A stretch of 25,234 nt of DNA from Rotaria sordida (Eukaryota). Both the position numbers and the translations under genes were made by a program. Where the stretch lies: contig CAJNOH010000254.1 of assembly GCA_905250005.1 (NCBI GenBank), positions 117,111-142,344 of the forward strand, written 5' to 3'. The notes below the pieces were generated by a model that worked only from the letters and a program-made list of their open reading frames with translations, made no database searches and was not told the origin of the DNA. This document shows positions 1 through 11,306 of the stretch, piece by piece (the stretch's first letter is position 1; every line of letters starts with the position of its first letter).

Positions 1-1641
1 TTTTTTTTTGCGATTTTTGTGAGCGTTATATCTTATCATGGATATATCCATTTGGTTTGAAGTTTTAATGTGAATGCATATCAGGTCCGGATACTTGCTA
101 CAAAAAAATGAGCTCAAATTGATGAACCATTGATGAGTTGATCAACACTACCGAATGGACGGAAAAATTGTCATTTTTCGATATCTTATGCATGAATATA
201 TCTCATGAGAGGAGTGTGTTAGTATCCAAGAGGGACCAACTGGCTTATGACTTCTGCGACGCCAATATTGAAATATATTCACAATTCCGAAATTTACTAT
301 AGACAAGATGCGACTAATTCATCATTACTGGGCTATTTTTTTTAGCTGTAACAACAGGATCAAATTGTGGAGTGATTTTATCAAACTGATAAATGAAAAC
401 ATCCTAAATAAACAACAGGACTCTTTTCCGCCTTACTGATTATCATTTTAAGTTGTATATTTTTGAAAATGAATATTTATTGAAGAGTCGTCAGGCTTGA
501 GCTCAACAAGTAAAAACATGGCTTCTGATCAGCTGACAGTTCTATTGACGATAGTGCTGACTACAAGGACATCAAAGCCATGGAAACCTGATATTTTCTT
601 AGTAATCGATCCTATTATGGAATCGATAGGTTCCATTCTGTACTGCTAATATTGATTCATCTTCGCTCCTTCACTTTTTCAATTTAATTATCAACAAACA
701 TCTAAAACACAGGACTTGGATCGCTCAGATGTTACTTTCTCTCTACTCCATCTGGTTTGATTGTTGGTATGTCTTGAAGTTAAGAGTTCATGCACAAGTA
801 GTTGCCAACTGTATTCAATTTCGATCTATTTTCTAGATTGATTTTTGCTTTTTTACTACAAGTATCTCTTCTAAAAATTAACATAGTATTACTAGAATAA
901 ACAAGTAAACGATCTATTATGACGCATGGAGATGAATTTGTCTAATCTCTATATCCTTCTGGCCAAAATAAACGACATATCTGGTCTTTCCAATTATTTC
1001 TCTCAACCATTATCGTTTAACCTTATATTTATATCATAGATATATCTATGATTACTTAAGTCACTCGGGAAGTTTCAGCCATATAGAATGAGAATTCGTT
1101 GTGAAAAATACAAATATGTCTCGTGTATTCTTGTAACTGTGACATCAAGAATTACTGTTTGGCTACTGAATGTTGTTTTCTTCTCTTATCCACAACATCA
1201 ATTTTTGATGCATGAATCCTCTTCTACAAATTTTTTTCTGAGCCTTTTTTGGATAATTCTGTCCAAAGAAGCTTGCAATGGTGAGGATGAGACTAAAAAA
1301 CTTAATTTAAGTATTAAAAAAAAGTGATACTTTTGAAGAGGGAAGAAGACAAAATTCAACAGGCAAATAGGGTAAGGATGAGTGAAGGTCTTCACTGTAT
1401 CCACTCGTCATCCTTCACAGTCATATCAATTCATATATACTCTTTACATATTTCTATTAAAGAACTCAATTTGGGGACTCGGTTTCGATATTCAACAAAC
1501 CAAAAAGAACTGTACAGAGTTCTGATGAAAAACAAAAATCATTCAGAAACCGACGTGAGATAATTGTTGTATTTTATATTGGTTCGTTCTTTTTCTGATA
1601 TGTCTGTCTTATCGTGCAAGGAACCGGATTTGTTATGCAAC

Positions 1642-1736
1642 TACCCATGTAAAAAAAAAATAATCAAAAAATCGATTTTTAATCGATTTTTTGATTATTA
1701 AAATTGATTTTTTTACATATTTTTTTTACATGGGTA
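1642..1736. mobile_element. Small hairpin (MITE-like) element with nested inverted repeats
   Basis: Outer arms TACCCATGTAAAAAAAA (1642-1658) and TTTTTTTTACATGGGTA (1720-1736) are perfect reverse complements. Inner arms TAATCAAAAAATCGAT (1661-1676) and ATCGATTTTTTGATTA (1682-1697) flank a 5-nt loop. No clear target-site duplication seen. Confidence 0.6.
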
Positions 1737-2241
1737 AATGTCACTGATCACGAACAGCGGCGAGCGATTCAATAGAGATATTGATTTATGAAAATATCGA
1801 CAATAGAGTCTATTTGATAAATGGATCGTTTGTTCGAGGTATCTGAAACGAGAAGATTGATTTGTTTGAATGGATTGATGAAGAAGATTTCGATGTGATT
1901 TTGCTCAATCTATGATCAACATTCTCTGAGGACTCTGATTACACCAAATTGTTTATCATTTTTAATAGTCGAAATCTCCATTTCAATGTAAATCGAATCT
2001 GGATTCGTCATTATCTCTGATGGCGTAGGTGAGAGTGAAGACACTCACCTTTGTATTCTAAAGAAAAAACTTGATCAAATGAGTCATTATTGATATCACG
2101 AATAAGTTTGTTATTTTTCGTTCTTTCAGAATATTGCATCACGATTCTTGTGCAAGTCATCTCATCTGACTATAAAGCCAGTTTTGTTTTCATCATTTGT
2201 GAATAGATAATAATCGACGAAAGAGATCTTTTAGCTTCATC

Positions 2242-3435
2242 ATGAGCCAATATGGTTCTACGTCAATATCGTCATCGACACAGAAAACTAAATCGAATCC
2301 AGCATTATTTATTGATTATCAAATAGAATCTCCTCGTTTTCCTGTTCATAATGCGCAACAAATACAAGAAGGTATCGAACATTTAAATGACAATGGTTAT
2401 GCAGTATTTTCTCATGTGCTTTCGCCTGATGAGATCTCCTCGAATATCGATTTACTATGGAAACATTTGGAAAATTTGTCAGCACCATATCAAATAAAAC
2501 GAGATGATGCACGAACATGGGACATTGCATGGCCCGGTCTAGCTTACATTGGATTAATGCCAGATGAAGGTTTCGGTCAGTCACAGTTTGCATGGTCGAT
2601 ACGAGGAAATCCAAATGTGAAAAAGATTTTTGCTCAACTTTGGCAAACGAATGAGTTGCTTGTTTCATTCGATGCTGTTGGTTGTTTTCGTGATTGGCAT
2701 TGGAATTCAGCATGGAAGACAATAAGTGGATGGTATCATTGCGATCAGGTTAGTTCTTTCTTCTTTTATCTTATTTTATTTTATTTTATTTTTTAATAGA
2801 ATCCAATTGAAAAGTCTCATCGATGTTCGATTCAAGGTTTCGTATCTTTAACAGATAATAATGAATTCACTGGTGGTCTTGTTGTCGTACCTCAATCACA
2901 TAAACATTTTGAGCAACTTCAATCCATCACTCGAATCGGCAAGGAACGAGCCAATTTCTGTCGTGTACGTAGAAATCATCCTTTGCTCAAACAATTCAAA
3001 CCACGTCTAGTCAAATGCAAAGCTGGTGATCTAGTCGTCTTTGATTCTCGATGCATTCACTGCAATACACCAGCTCTCGATATTGAAGAGGTGACAATCT
3101 TCAATGAAGACAAAATTCCTCAACTGTTACGCATTGTCGCTTATGTATGTATGAGTCCAACAGCAATGGTTTCTGCTGATAAACTCGAAGAATTTCGCAA
3201 GACTAGAGAAGAGTTTGTCAGAGATAGAATAACATGTACACATTGGCCTTGTGAACTCAATATTTCCGGTAAGTAAGCCTTCAACAAATAAAAAAGTATT
3301 CATCGACTTTGTCTAGGTGGATCACCATCTGGTGTCAAGCAGCCACTCAGACTCTCGATGTATCAACGATCTCTCATTGTTGGCACCAATGTCGATCCAG
3401 ATAGTGAAATAGCACAAGAAGTTATCGATGTTTAA
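2242..3435 (+). CDS. Phytanoyl-CoA dioxygenase (PhyH)-like Fe(II)/2-oxoglutarate oxygenase, 3 exons (2242-2748, 2800-3268, 3317-3435), about 364 aa
   Basis: Exons joined across 51-nt (CAG|GTTAGT...AATAG) and 48-nt (CCG|GTAAGT...CTAG) introns keep one frame to TAA at 3433-3435. HxD in 'SGWYHCDQ' and a distal His in 'GDLVVFDSRCIHCNTP' match the facial triad of the PhyH family. Confidence 0.82.
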
Positions 3436-3600
3436 TTTCGAATTTCACCGTTTCACTACGTACTTATACACCAAAATATTGACAGTAATTTGATAATTCT
3501 CGTCATTGTGGTGTGCATAAAAAATTTGAAGTAAAATCAAAGAAATGTGCAAAGAGATCCTTGATCAAGAATAATATTATTCTTTTTAAAGAAGCACGTG

Positions 3601-3632
3601 AGGGTGTGGATGTGGATGTGTGTGTTTGTGGT
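3601..3632. repeat. Short GT-rich tract (GGTGTGGATGTGGATGTGTGTG)
   Basis: Direct reading; a related tract is at about 3781-3805. Confidence 0.6.
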
Positions 3633-4037
3633 GCCAGCGGAACTGAAGGATAAAGTGAATATTATCCTGAAAAACTCATGAGGGATAGGATCGATTGTCT
3701 TCGAATAGATTCTCCAAAATGATATGTGATAATCACTATGGAGAACTATATTTATTTTCAAAATCAAATTTCACAAGTTCGGGATGTGGATGTGGGTATG
3801 GTGTGCCGATATATACGTCATGGATCGCTGCTCTTCCTCTTTCCTCTTTCTCTCTCTATTGTTCTCTCTGTGCCGTCTCTCTCCCTTTGTTTCTGTATCA
3901 TATCTAAGCGTGTGTTGAATGTGCAATAGAGACATTCTGAAGATGTGAGGTAGCTAATAAACATCATTATCGATGGTGGCGGTAAGCTACCCCCTCCAGT
4001 CTGTCATACCATCTCTCTTTTTATTTATCGTTACATA

Positions 4038-4180
4038 TGGGTGTGTGGTTTGGATGTGGGTGCGGGTATGAATGTGGGTATGAGTGTGTAGTTTGGATGT
4101 GGGTGTGAGTGTGCGGGTGTGTGTGGGTGTGAATGTTCGTAGTTATTGTGTACTCACACCCACACCCACACACCCGCATC
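4038..4180. repeat. GT-rich degenerate tandem tract followed by an inverted CA-rich tract
   Basis: 4038-4134 is built from TGTGGG/TGCGGG/TGTGAG-like units with a 43-nt internal duplication (GTTTGGATGTGGGTG at 4048 and 4091). 4152-4180 is CTCACACCCACACCCACACACCCGCATC, the opposite-strand composition. Confidence 0.7.
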
Positions 4181-4963
4181 GTAGCTGATTGAAATGTGAT
4201 CAAAGCGAGTAGAAATCTGTTTGTGACCTTAGGATAGTTGGACCATTTTTCCAATGAATAGCACGTTTTGCTCTGTGTAATATAAATGTAGCAATTACGA
4301 TTATATACACTTCCATAGAGCAGAACAATAGCTGTTAATCATTTCTTCTCATCACAATCTGTTTGCTTTAAAACCTTAATGAAATAAATTCTATCGGGCT
4401 TGTGAATAATTGATTATTGGTTCAATATGAATATGTTAAGGTTAAAGCTCTATCTTATTTGTGTATGAGAGAAGATTTCAAAATGTCGAATAGAGATAAA
4501 ATTCAGTTTTTTTATAGAGCAAATTAAGTGGTGTAATCAGTTTTATAAGGATTAATACTATCTTAAGTCCATTATAAGGTTTTACTTCGTAGTGAAGATC
4601 GAGAAGACAGAAAAAAAAGTGAAGATTTAGATATCGGAATATATATTTCAACTTTTGACATTAGTCACATCAAAAAGAACTGAATGAACTACCAAAAAAA
4701 AAATAGAAAATGCCTGTCAAATATTTACGTTTTACATCCAACGACCGATTAGATTTGATTTTTAACAATTATCAAGTTATGCCATGAAGACTAAAGCAAA
4801 TATTCTGATATTATAAATCATTATTAGGAAATTGAAAATGAAACTTTGATTGGAAACTAATTTTTGTTGCTGGAAAAAATAAACTTTTTATTACGAAAGT
4901 AAAAAAACAAATGCAATCGTATCCGCTTCTCTGACATACGATATCCGATTGAATTGAAGTTAT

Positions 4964-6911
4964 TTATTTTTTTCCATCAGAAATGTTTTTAGAAAGTAAA
5001 TGTCTTTTGACAGCATCATAATGTTGTTTAAATTTAGCCAAAGATGAATGATCTTGAGCCAGTTCAAGTGCTTGTGAAAGATGTTGGAGAGCCGTTTCAT
5101 AATCTCCTTTGCTATAATAAAGTAATCCAATATTATCACAGACTGTTGCTTTATTTATTCGATCGCTTCTTTCATCATTGAGCGCTTTAGCAAAATATAG
5201 AAAAGCACTTTCTGAATCACCATTCTTTTGATATAAACAAGCCATATTGTTTAAAATATGAATTCGTGGTGGAACAGTACTCGAAGAATACAAAGATTGA
5301 GGAATCAATGGTTCTGTATCGAACACTCTTGCAGAGATCAGATTTTCTGCTTTCTGAAAATACATTAATGCCATAGAATCTCTGCCTTGTTCAAAATTGA
5401 TCATTGCAATATTATAATATAGAGTGACTCGTGTTTCATCTTTTATTGTTGATTCATCTAACATTTTATAATAAAACTTTTCTGCTTTGACGTGTTGTCC
5501 CAACTGACGCAAAACATCACCCAACATAAGAAAAGTTGAATCATCCGCAAATTGTTCAAAATATTGAATTATTCTTAAATTAACATCACTGCATGACGAT
5601 AGTGTAACGATCCAGTATAAATCATTGTTCTTTTTCACAGAGTTAATTCTCCATATAGATCCAATGGTGAATAACACTTCTTCTTCTTCTGGATATTGGC
5701 TAATTACAGAAATATCAGCATGTGTTCGGCTGATTGTCTCGTCAATACAAAATTCAAATAGTACACTCTCACAATCATCTCGATTCTGTCCAACACCTGC
5801 AAATTCCTCTAGAGCAGTTTCTCGACAAAGTGTAGTCGATAGAAATCCATTCATGGATATTAAAGCTCCAATATTATCTTGCAATTGTTGTAAAATAGTT
5901 TGACACAGTTTTTTACCGCGATACAATCGAAGTATTTTCTGTAGACTCTCTTGTTCTTTAATTAGTTTATCAAGTTCCGAATGAAGATCAATAATGTAAC
6001 GACGAAATATAAAGATACGCTCAAAATCTTCTGATCGAAATGCTCGACCAACCAATCGAAATAAAAAAGAATCTGTAGTGTAATGCCAAACGGCATCATT
6101 AGCTTTATAATTATTTTCAACAGCATCAATTTTTTGTACTTCTGCTGTATCATCAATGTAATATAGACGACATTCTGCAATCATTTCTGCAAGAGATTGT
6201 TTGTGATCACATTTCATTCGTGTAAGGATTCTAGTCAATGTTTGAAACAGAAAAAACTCCGGCGATTCTTTCTTCCAATATCGAAATGAATTTTCCATTA
6301 TTTTTGAGTTCCATACACTCCATGGTGGTGGATCAACCGATTCGCGACACCTGCTCGATGATGATTTCATAGTGGAAGGGGACTGTTGATTATTCAAATA
6401 AAGTTTTATATCTTCAGATATTTGTGTAAATAACTTATTCATCTCATCAACAATAACAGGGTCAGTAGCGACAGATGAAGGTGATTGAAATAAATAAACC
6501 TTCTCATATTGTAGACGATTTTTAGCTACACTACACAAATATTGAGCGTTTTTGCCAGTAATAATAAAAAATATTTTTTTCACAAGAAGAGGACGAGTAA
6601 GATATGCAATGAATTCAAATAAATCATTGAAAATACGAACATAAGTAAATAATCTACTCAAATGATTCCTCATTTTATATTGGACATCTTTACTAACATC
6701 ATCATCATGATACCATATACAGAAGAGATTTTGATCTGAGCCAGATCTAGATGAATTATCACTCGATCTAAAACGCAGACAAAACTATTTTCTATCAATG
6801 ACATTAAAGAAATAGTCAAATTAATTCTTACGGCATTATATTATTGTCTATAGACGATTGGTTGCTGAATTGGTTTGCAATTTTACTAATATTGCTGTTA
6901 CACTGGAACAT
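4964..6911 (-). CDS. ART-TPR protein with one diverged N-terminal alpha/beta module ('gene A'); exons 6911-6832 and 6767-4964, about 627 aa
   Basis: The 569-aa ORF extends 5' in frame (...NLFCIWYHDDDDVSKDVQYK-MRNHLSRLF) to acceptor GTTTTAG|ATCGAG, joined over a 64-nt intron (GCC|GTAAGA) to an exon starting ATG at 6911 (MFQCNSNISK...). ART R-S-ExE motifs: LYRGKK, NGFLSTT, EEEEVLFTIGSIWRI. C-terminal TPRs: YYNIAMINFEQGRDSMALMYFQKAENL, ILNNMACLYQKNGDSESAFLYFAKALN, VCDNIGLLYYSKGDYETALQHLSQALELA. Confidence 0.85.
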
Positions 6912-6999
6912 CTTCCTTTAATATCTAAAAAATGAAAATAAGTGTTAAATACTCAAGTTACAATCATCTGAAAAAAATTATTTTAAAATTGAAGTTTTA

Positions 7000-9045
7000 T
7001 TATATAGAAGCAAGAATATTTTTAATCTTTTGTTCAAAATGAATACGCGATAAAGGATCAGTCGCTAATTCAAGTGCCTTTCGATAACATTTCAGAGCTT
7101 CTTCAACTTTCAATTGTCGAAGATACACCTCAGCCATTTTATCATACAATATGCAATAATCAACAGCTGTTATATCTTCGATTATTTGAGATAAATTTCT
7201 CAAACAAACACCTTGTGAATTCTGATCTGTATTTGGAGGCATCTTATCTAGTAAATTCATGGCGGTTTCGAAATATGTTGCTGCTTTTTTATCATCACCT
7301 GATCCTGCAAACATTAATCCCATATTGTTATAAATTGATGGAAGTGCCTGATGATTTTTGGGCAGTGCACTTATTAGATAATCATAGTACGATTTAGCTT
7401 CATTGAAGTGATTCAGAGCGCACAGATAGTTGCCGAGTGTTAGCCAAGTGAGTTGTTCACCAATTTGCAGCTGTAATCGTGCTTGAATTGATTGAAAATC
7501 CGAATCATCATATTTTAATTGAGCATACCAGACACCATCAGGTGCTAAATCGACAGATCGAACTGAAAAAATACTGCCAAATGAAAACATTAACCGATTA
7601 TTGTTTAGTTCTAGTACACGCGTCTGTGCAGGAATTTCAATTTGAAATATGATAACCATCAATCCACGATCAGCAGCTTGTCGTGCAATTGTTCTCGCCG
7701 TCAATAAATCTTTTGTAGTCAACAGATATGTATGAAAAGCAACCAGTTCTTTAATATTTTCAGTTATTGTTTTTAAGTCTTCGTCGCATAAAAATTGAAC
7801 TCGATAGACAACAGCAGATGAAGTCGTCGGAGACAATTCAGCAAAACATTGATCAATAGTCTTCAGCAGTTGTTGGATATCAAGAAGATTTTGAGGAAAT
7901 TGTTCTCGTAAGAAACTATTTATGATAACAGACAAGAACGGAACATTTATGAACCAATCGAAAATTTTATTTGTCTGAACTTTTAGAATTTCTAGAGCAT
8001 TTTCACTGTCTGATTCATTTTCTACCAAAGTGAAACAACGATCGCACAGTTTTTGGTCGCGGAAAATAGAAGCAGGCGCTTCTTGTAAAATATTTACAAA
8101 TAACTGAAACGCAGCAAACTTTGTTTGTTTATCTGTAAGACATAATTCACCATTATCTTCTATTTTATTTTGTGAAGCAAATATCGATACTATAGGCATA
8201 TAAAGTAGTTGTTCCAAGTAAAATTTGATGTCGGCAGTTAAACACGTGAGTAGAAATTGGAGATTATCGAATAATCTGCCAATGTCTTTATAACTACATA
8301 GAGTCCTGTCCAGTTTTTCTTGATCAATAGACGGTACAAATAAATAGATTGCATAAATTCGTCTTAATACCGTAATTTTTCTCAGATCATGCATGATACT
8401 CTTGATTTCGCCAGAAATAATCAAAAATACAGATCTAATATCAGTTGTTTCAAGATATTCTACACATTTGACGACATCGAGAAATTCCGAAAGGTGGAAA
8501 CGTTGACTGTCTGTATGAAACAATGCATAATTGCCGCAATGCAAAACAACAATACGAATTTGTTTGTTTGAGATTGAATATTTTTGCACATTTGATAAAT
8601 CTAACGAAACAGACGACCAATTCGATGGTTTAAGTAAAGTTTGAGTATAACATCTATCAATTAATTCTTCGTTTGACCAGAGTGATGATCGCGAAAGGAT
8701 CGATTCGATATCTTTATATACTTGAGAAACAAGTATACTATAATCAATCCAACAATCTTTAATTTTTGGAAAATGAGTCGTCCATGAAGGATCTGATTGA
8801 TTATCATCTGGACAATATATATATATTTGTTCGACACATCGATGTTGATAAATTAATGGAACAATATATTTACCAACTGAACTTGATACAATGAAATAAA
8901 CATATCTATCAGTTATAGATAGCAGATCAGTGATACAAACACATTCATCATCAAATAATTTCACTAAGTACGATGAATCTGATGACATTAATGAAGAATC
9001 GACATCAAGACATGCAATTAAGATATTGGAGATATCACTTGACAT
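7000..9045 (-). CDS. ART-TPR-like protein with two tandem N-terminal modules and a degenerate ART core ('gene B')
   Basis: The open frame runs to 9225, but a strong acceptor (TTTTGTTTACAG|, AG at 9082-9081) precedes MSSDISNILIACLDVD at 9045, which I take as the likely start. Module copies: 'VYFIVSSSVGKYIVPLIYQHRCVEQIYIYC' and 'VFLIISGEIKSIMHDLRKITVLRRIYAIYLF'. ART remnant: VVYRVQF ... FHTYLLTTKD ... ELNNNRLMFSFGSIFSV. C-terminal TPRs: IYNNMGLMFAGSGDDKKAATYFETAMN, LYDKMAEVYLRQLKVEEALKCYRKALELA. Confidence 0.8.
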   Translation of the reverse strand: MSSDISNILIACLDVDSSLMSSDSSYLVKLFDDECVCITDLLSITDRYVYFIVSSSVGKYIVPLIYQHRCVEQIYIYCPDDNQSDPSWTTHFPKIKDCWIDYSILVSQVYKDIESILSRSSLWSNEELIDRCYTQTLLKPSNWSSVSLDLSNVQKYSISNKQIRIVVLHCGNYALFHTDSQRFHLSEFLDVVKCVEYLETTDIRSVFLIISGEIKSIMHDLRKITVLRRIYAIYLFVPSIDQEKLDRTLCSYKDIGRLFDNLQFLLTCLTADIKFYLEQLLYMPIVSIFASQNKIEDNGELCLTDKQTKFAAFQLFVNILQEAPASIFRDQKLCDRCFTLVENESDSENALEILKVQTNKIFDWFINVPFLSVIINSFLREQFPQNLLDIQQLLKTIDQCFAELSPTTSSAVVYRVQFLCDEDLKTITENIKELVAFHTYLLTTKDLLTARTIARQAADRGLMVIIFQIEIPAQTRVLELNNNRLMFSFGSIFSVRSVDLAPDGVWYAQLKYDDSDFQSIQARLQLQIGEQLTWLTLGNYLCALNHFNEAKSYYDYLISALPKNHQALPSIYNNMGLMFAGSGDDKKAATYFETAMNLLDKMPPNTDQNSQGVCLRNLSQIIEDITAVDYCILYDKMAEVYLRQLKVEEALKCYRKALELATDPLSRIHFEQKIKNILASI

Positions 9046-9527
9046 AGGTTTCAAAACCACTGATATATTATTCACAGTATCTGTAAACAAAAATGAGAAC
9101 AAATACACATATAATAAATAATTTACTTTGTTCACAAGATGCGAAGTAATGCTTGTACGGTTGTAGAGACAGACCAACAAGATCGCTATTGAAAACGGGA
9201 GCTGATCCAACATCAACTTTTTCACTTGATAAACGACGCTGAAATATACAAATCAGACTAAATTAGGGAGAACCAAAAAGAAGAAGATTCATATTATTGT
9301 AGGCGCTAGAATTAAATAGGTAAGGGAGCGTATAATGCGAATAACTCTAGAATGCGAGCAACTACTAAAGGATGTTTCTTAAGTTCCGACCCCCTTTTTA
9401 TTTTTTTTTCGATCTTCATCATATTCAATCGTGGAGAGATATTGAATATATTTTTTGAAGAATGGCATCTAAGCTATCAATCAAAACAAATTGTATTCGA
9501 TTTGCATGCACTCTAAGAGAGAACTGC

Positions 9528-11212
9528 ATCGATACAGATTTTGAAAAAAAAATTTTGTCAAAGTCATTTTTTTACTTTTCCTCTATATAGAATTACTCCC
9601 TCGGAATTTTGTGAATATCTCTCTTATTTTTTGATAATTTGACTTGAAATTTTTTTTCAAAAAGATAGCCTCTGCAATTCTCTACAGAGCACAATAGAAA
9701 CAGCTCTTCAAAAAAAAATAACTGAAAAGCCACATTTGATCAGCAGTACTAAACTCCAAAAAGATCCACTGTCACAAACACATTTTTTAAATAAAACTAA
9801 TTATTTCTCTTCTTCTGACGAAAGAGGTTTCAGGTGATTGTAATTTATCGTTTTGAAGAGCTATTTTTTATTGGGTTTTGTAGAGAATTACACAGACTAT
9901 CTTTTGAAAAAAAAAATTTCAAGTCAAACTATCAAAAAAAAAAGCCTACTAGCGCAGCCCCTTTGAGGTTGAAATGTGGAACTCACATATGTTCTCTAGC
10001 CCCATTAAACTAATACAAAATATGTAAAGTGAAAAATCTATTGTAAACTATAGTTATTTTGCACGATAATCGAACATCAAAGCAAGAATCTTTCTAATGT
10101 CTGCATTTCGAACAGAATTTTTTTATTTTTTCTAGGGGCACCCTATTTTGTGGAACTCATATATATTTTTGGAGAAAATAGTGAGTGTAAGTTTTAAGTT
10201 CAAGTTTTCGTGGCTCCTCCTCTCTCCATTACAGACACCCCCCATTACAGACCTTATAGCAATTAAGAATAACAGGCGTGAGACGTTCTAGTTTTTTTCA
10301 AAAAATTGAACAAGTTATAATTTTGAAAGATAATCAACATCATTGTTTGTGAGCTGATTAATATATATAATAGTACGTAAGATCTCTTGTACATATCATG
10401 GATATGTAAAACAGATTTATTTGTCAATTAATTCAATGATTATAATAACAAGAATGTTGAATTACGAAAGACGAATTTAAAAAAATGTAAGAGAATGAGC
10501 GAATAGCAACAATGCAAAATAAAAATAGGGCCCCCGTAGAAAAAAAATTTCTGTTCGAAATGCAGAAATTAGAAAGGTTCTTACTCTGTTTTTCGATTAT
10601 CCTACAAAACAACTATAGTCTACGAGAGGTTTCTCATTTTACATATTTTGTATTAGTTTAATGAGGCTAGAGAGCATATATGAGTTCCACATTTCAGCTT
10701 TAAAGGGGCTGCGCTAACAAGTTTTTTTGTTTGCATTGCTGCTATTCGCTCGCTATTTTTCATTTTCTTTTAATTCGTTTTTCTTAATTTAACATTCATA
10801 TTATTATAATCATTGAATGAATTGGCAAATACGTCTGTTTTACATATTAATTATATCTACAGAAGATCTTATGGACTATTATATATATTAATCAACTCAC
10901 AAACAATGATGTTGATCATCTTTCGAAATTATAACTTGATCAATTTTTCAAAAAACCTCTAGAGAATCTGACGCCTATTATTCTCGATTGCTAAGGTCTA
11001 TAATTGGGGCTTCGGTTGCTAAGTGTCTGTAATGGAGGGGAGAGAAGAGCCGCGAAAACTTGAACTAAAAACTTACACTCACTATCTTCTTCGAATATAT
11101 ATGTGAGTTCCACAATAAGAGAGATATTCACAAAATTCCGAGAGAGTAATTCTACATAGAGAACAAGTAAAAAATGACTTTGACAAAATTTTTTTCAAAA
11201 TCTTTATCGATA
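9528..11212. mobile_element. Mosaic fold-back / non-autonomous DNA element made of nested inverted repeats
   Basis: Four inverted-repeat pairs read by eye: C 9528-9625 / C' 11115-11212; D 9626-9719 / D' 9851-9942; A 9951-10140 / A' 10528-10715; B 10146-10518 / B' 10731-11114. Order C D D' A B A' B' C'. No coding capacity seen. Confidence 0.7.
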
Positions 11213-11306
11213 GGGTGTGGGTGTAACTGTGACTGTGTGGATGCGGATCTTCTCTTCATTAACCCACACACCCACACCTACACCCACATCTACACCCAAC
11301 ACCCAC
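11213..11306. repeat. Bipartite GT-rich then CA-rich tract
   Basis: GGGTGTGGGTGTAACTGTGACTGTGTGGATGCGG (11213-11246) followed by AACCCACACACCCACACCTACACCCACATCTACACCC (from 11261). Confidence 0.65.

Noticed and set aside
1088-1563. ORFs 1088-1327, 1198-1404 and 1324-1563
   Set aside because: Short, overlapping on both strands, no recognisable domain; likely chance ORFs in non-coding DNA.
4021-4254. 77-aa minus-strand ORF (PHTHTHIQTTHSYPHSYPHPHPN)
   Set aside because: Translation of the GT/CA-rich tract; low complexity.
5625-6180. ORFs 5625-5903 (+) and 5962-6180 (-)
   Set aside because: Shadow ORFs in other frames of gene A with no domain-like features. The same applies to 7074-7397, 8389-8571, 8930-9121, 12820-13032, 12945-13148, 20997-21197, 22768-22953 and 24044-24364.
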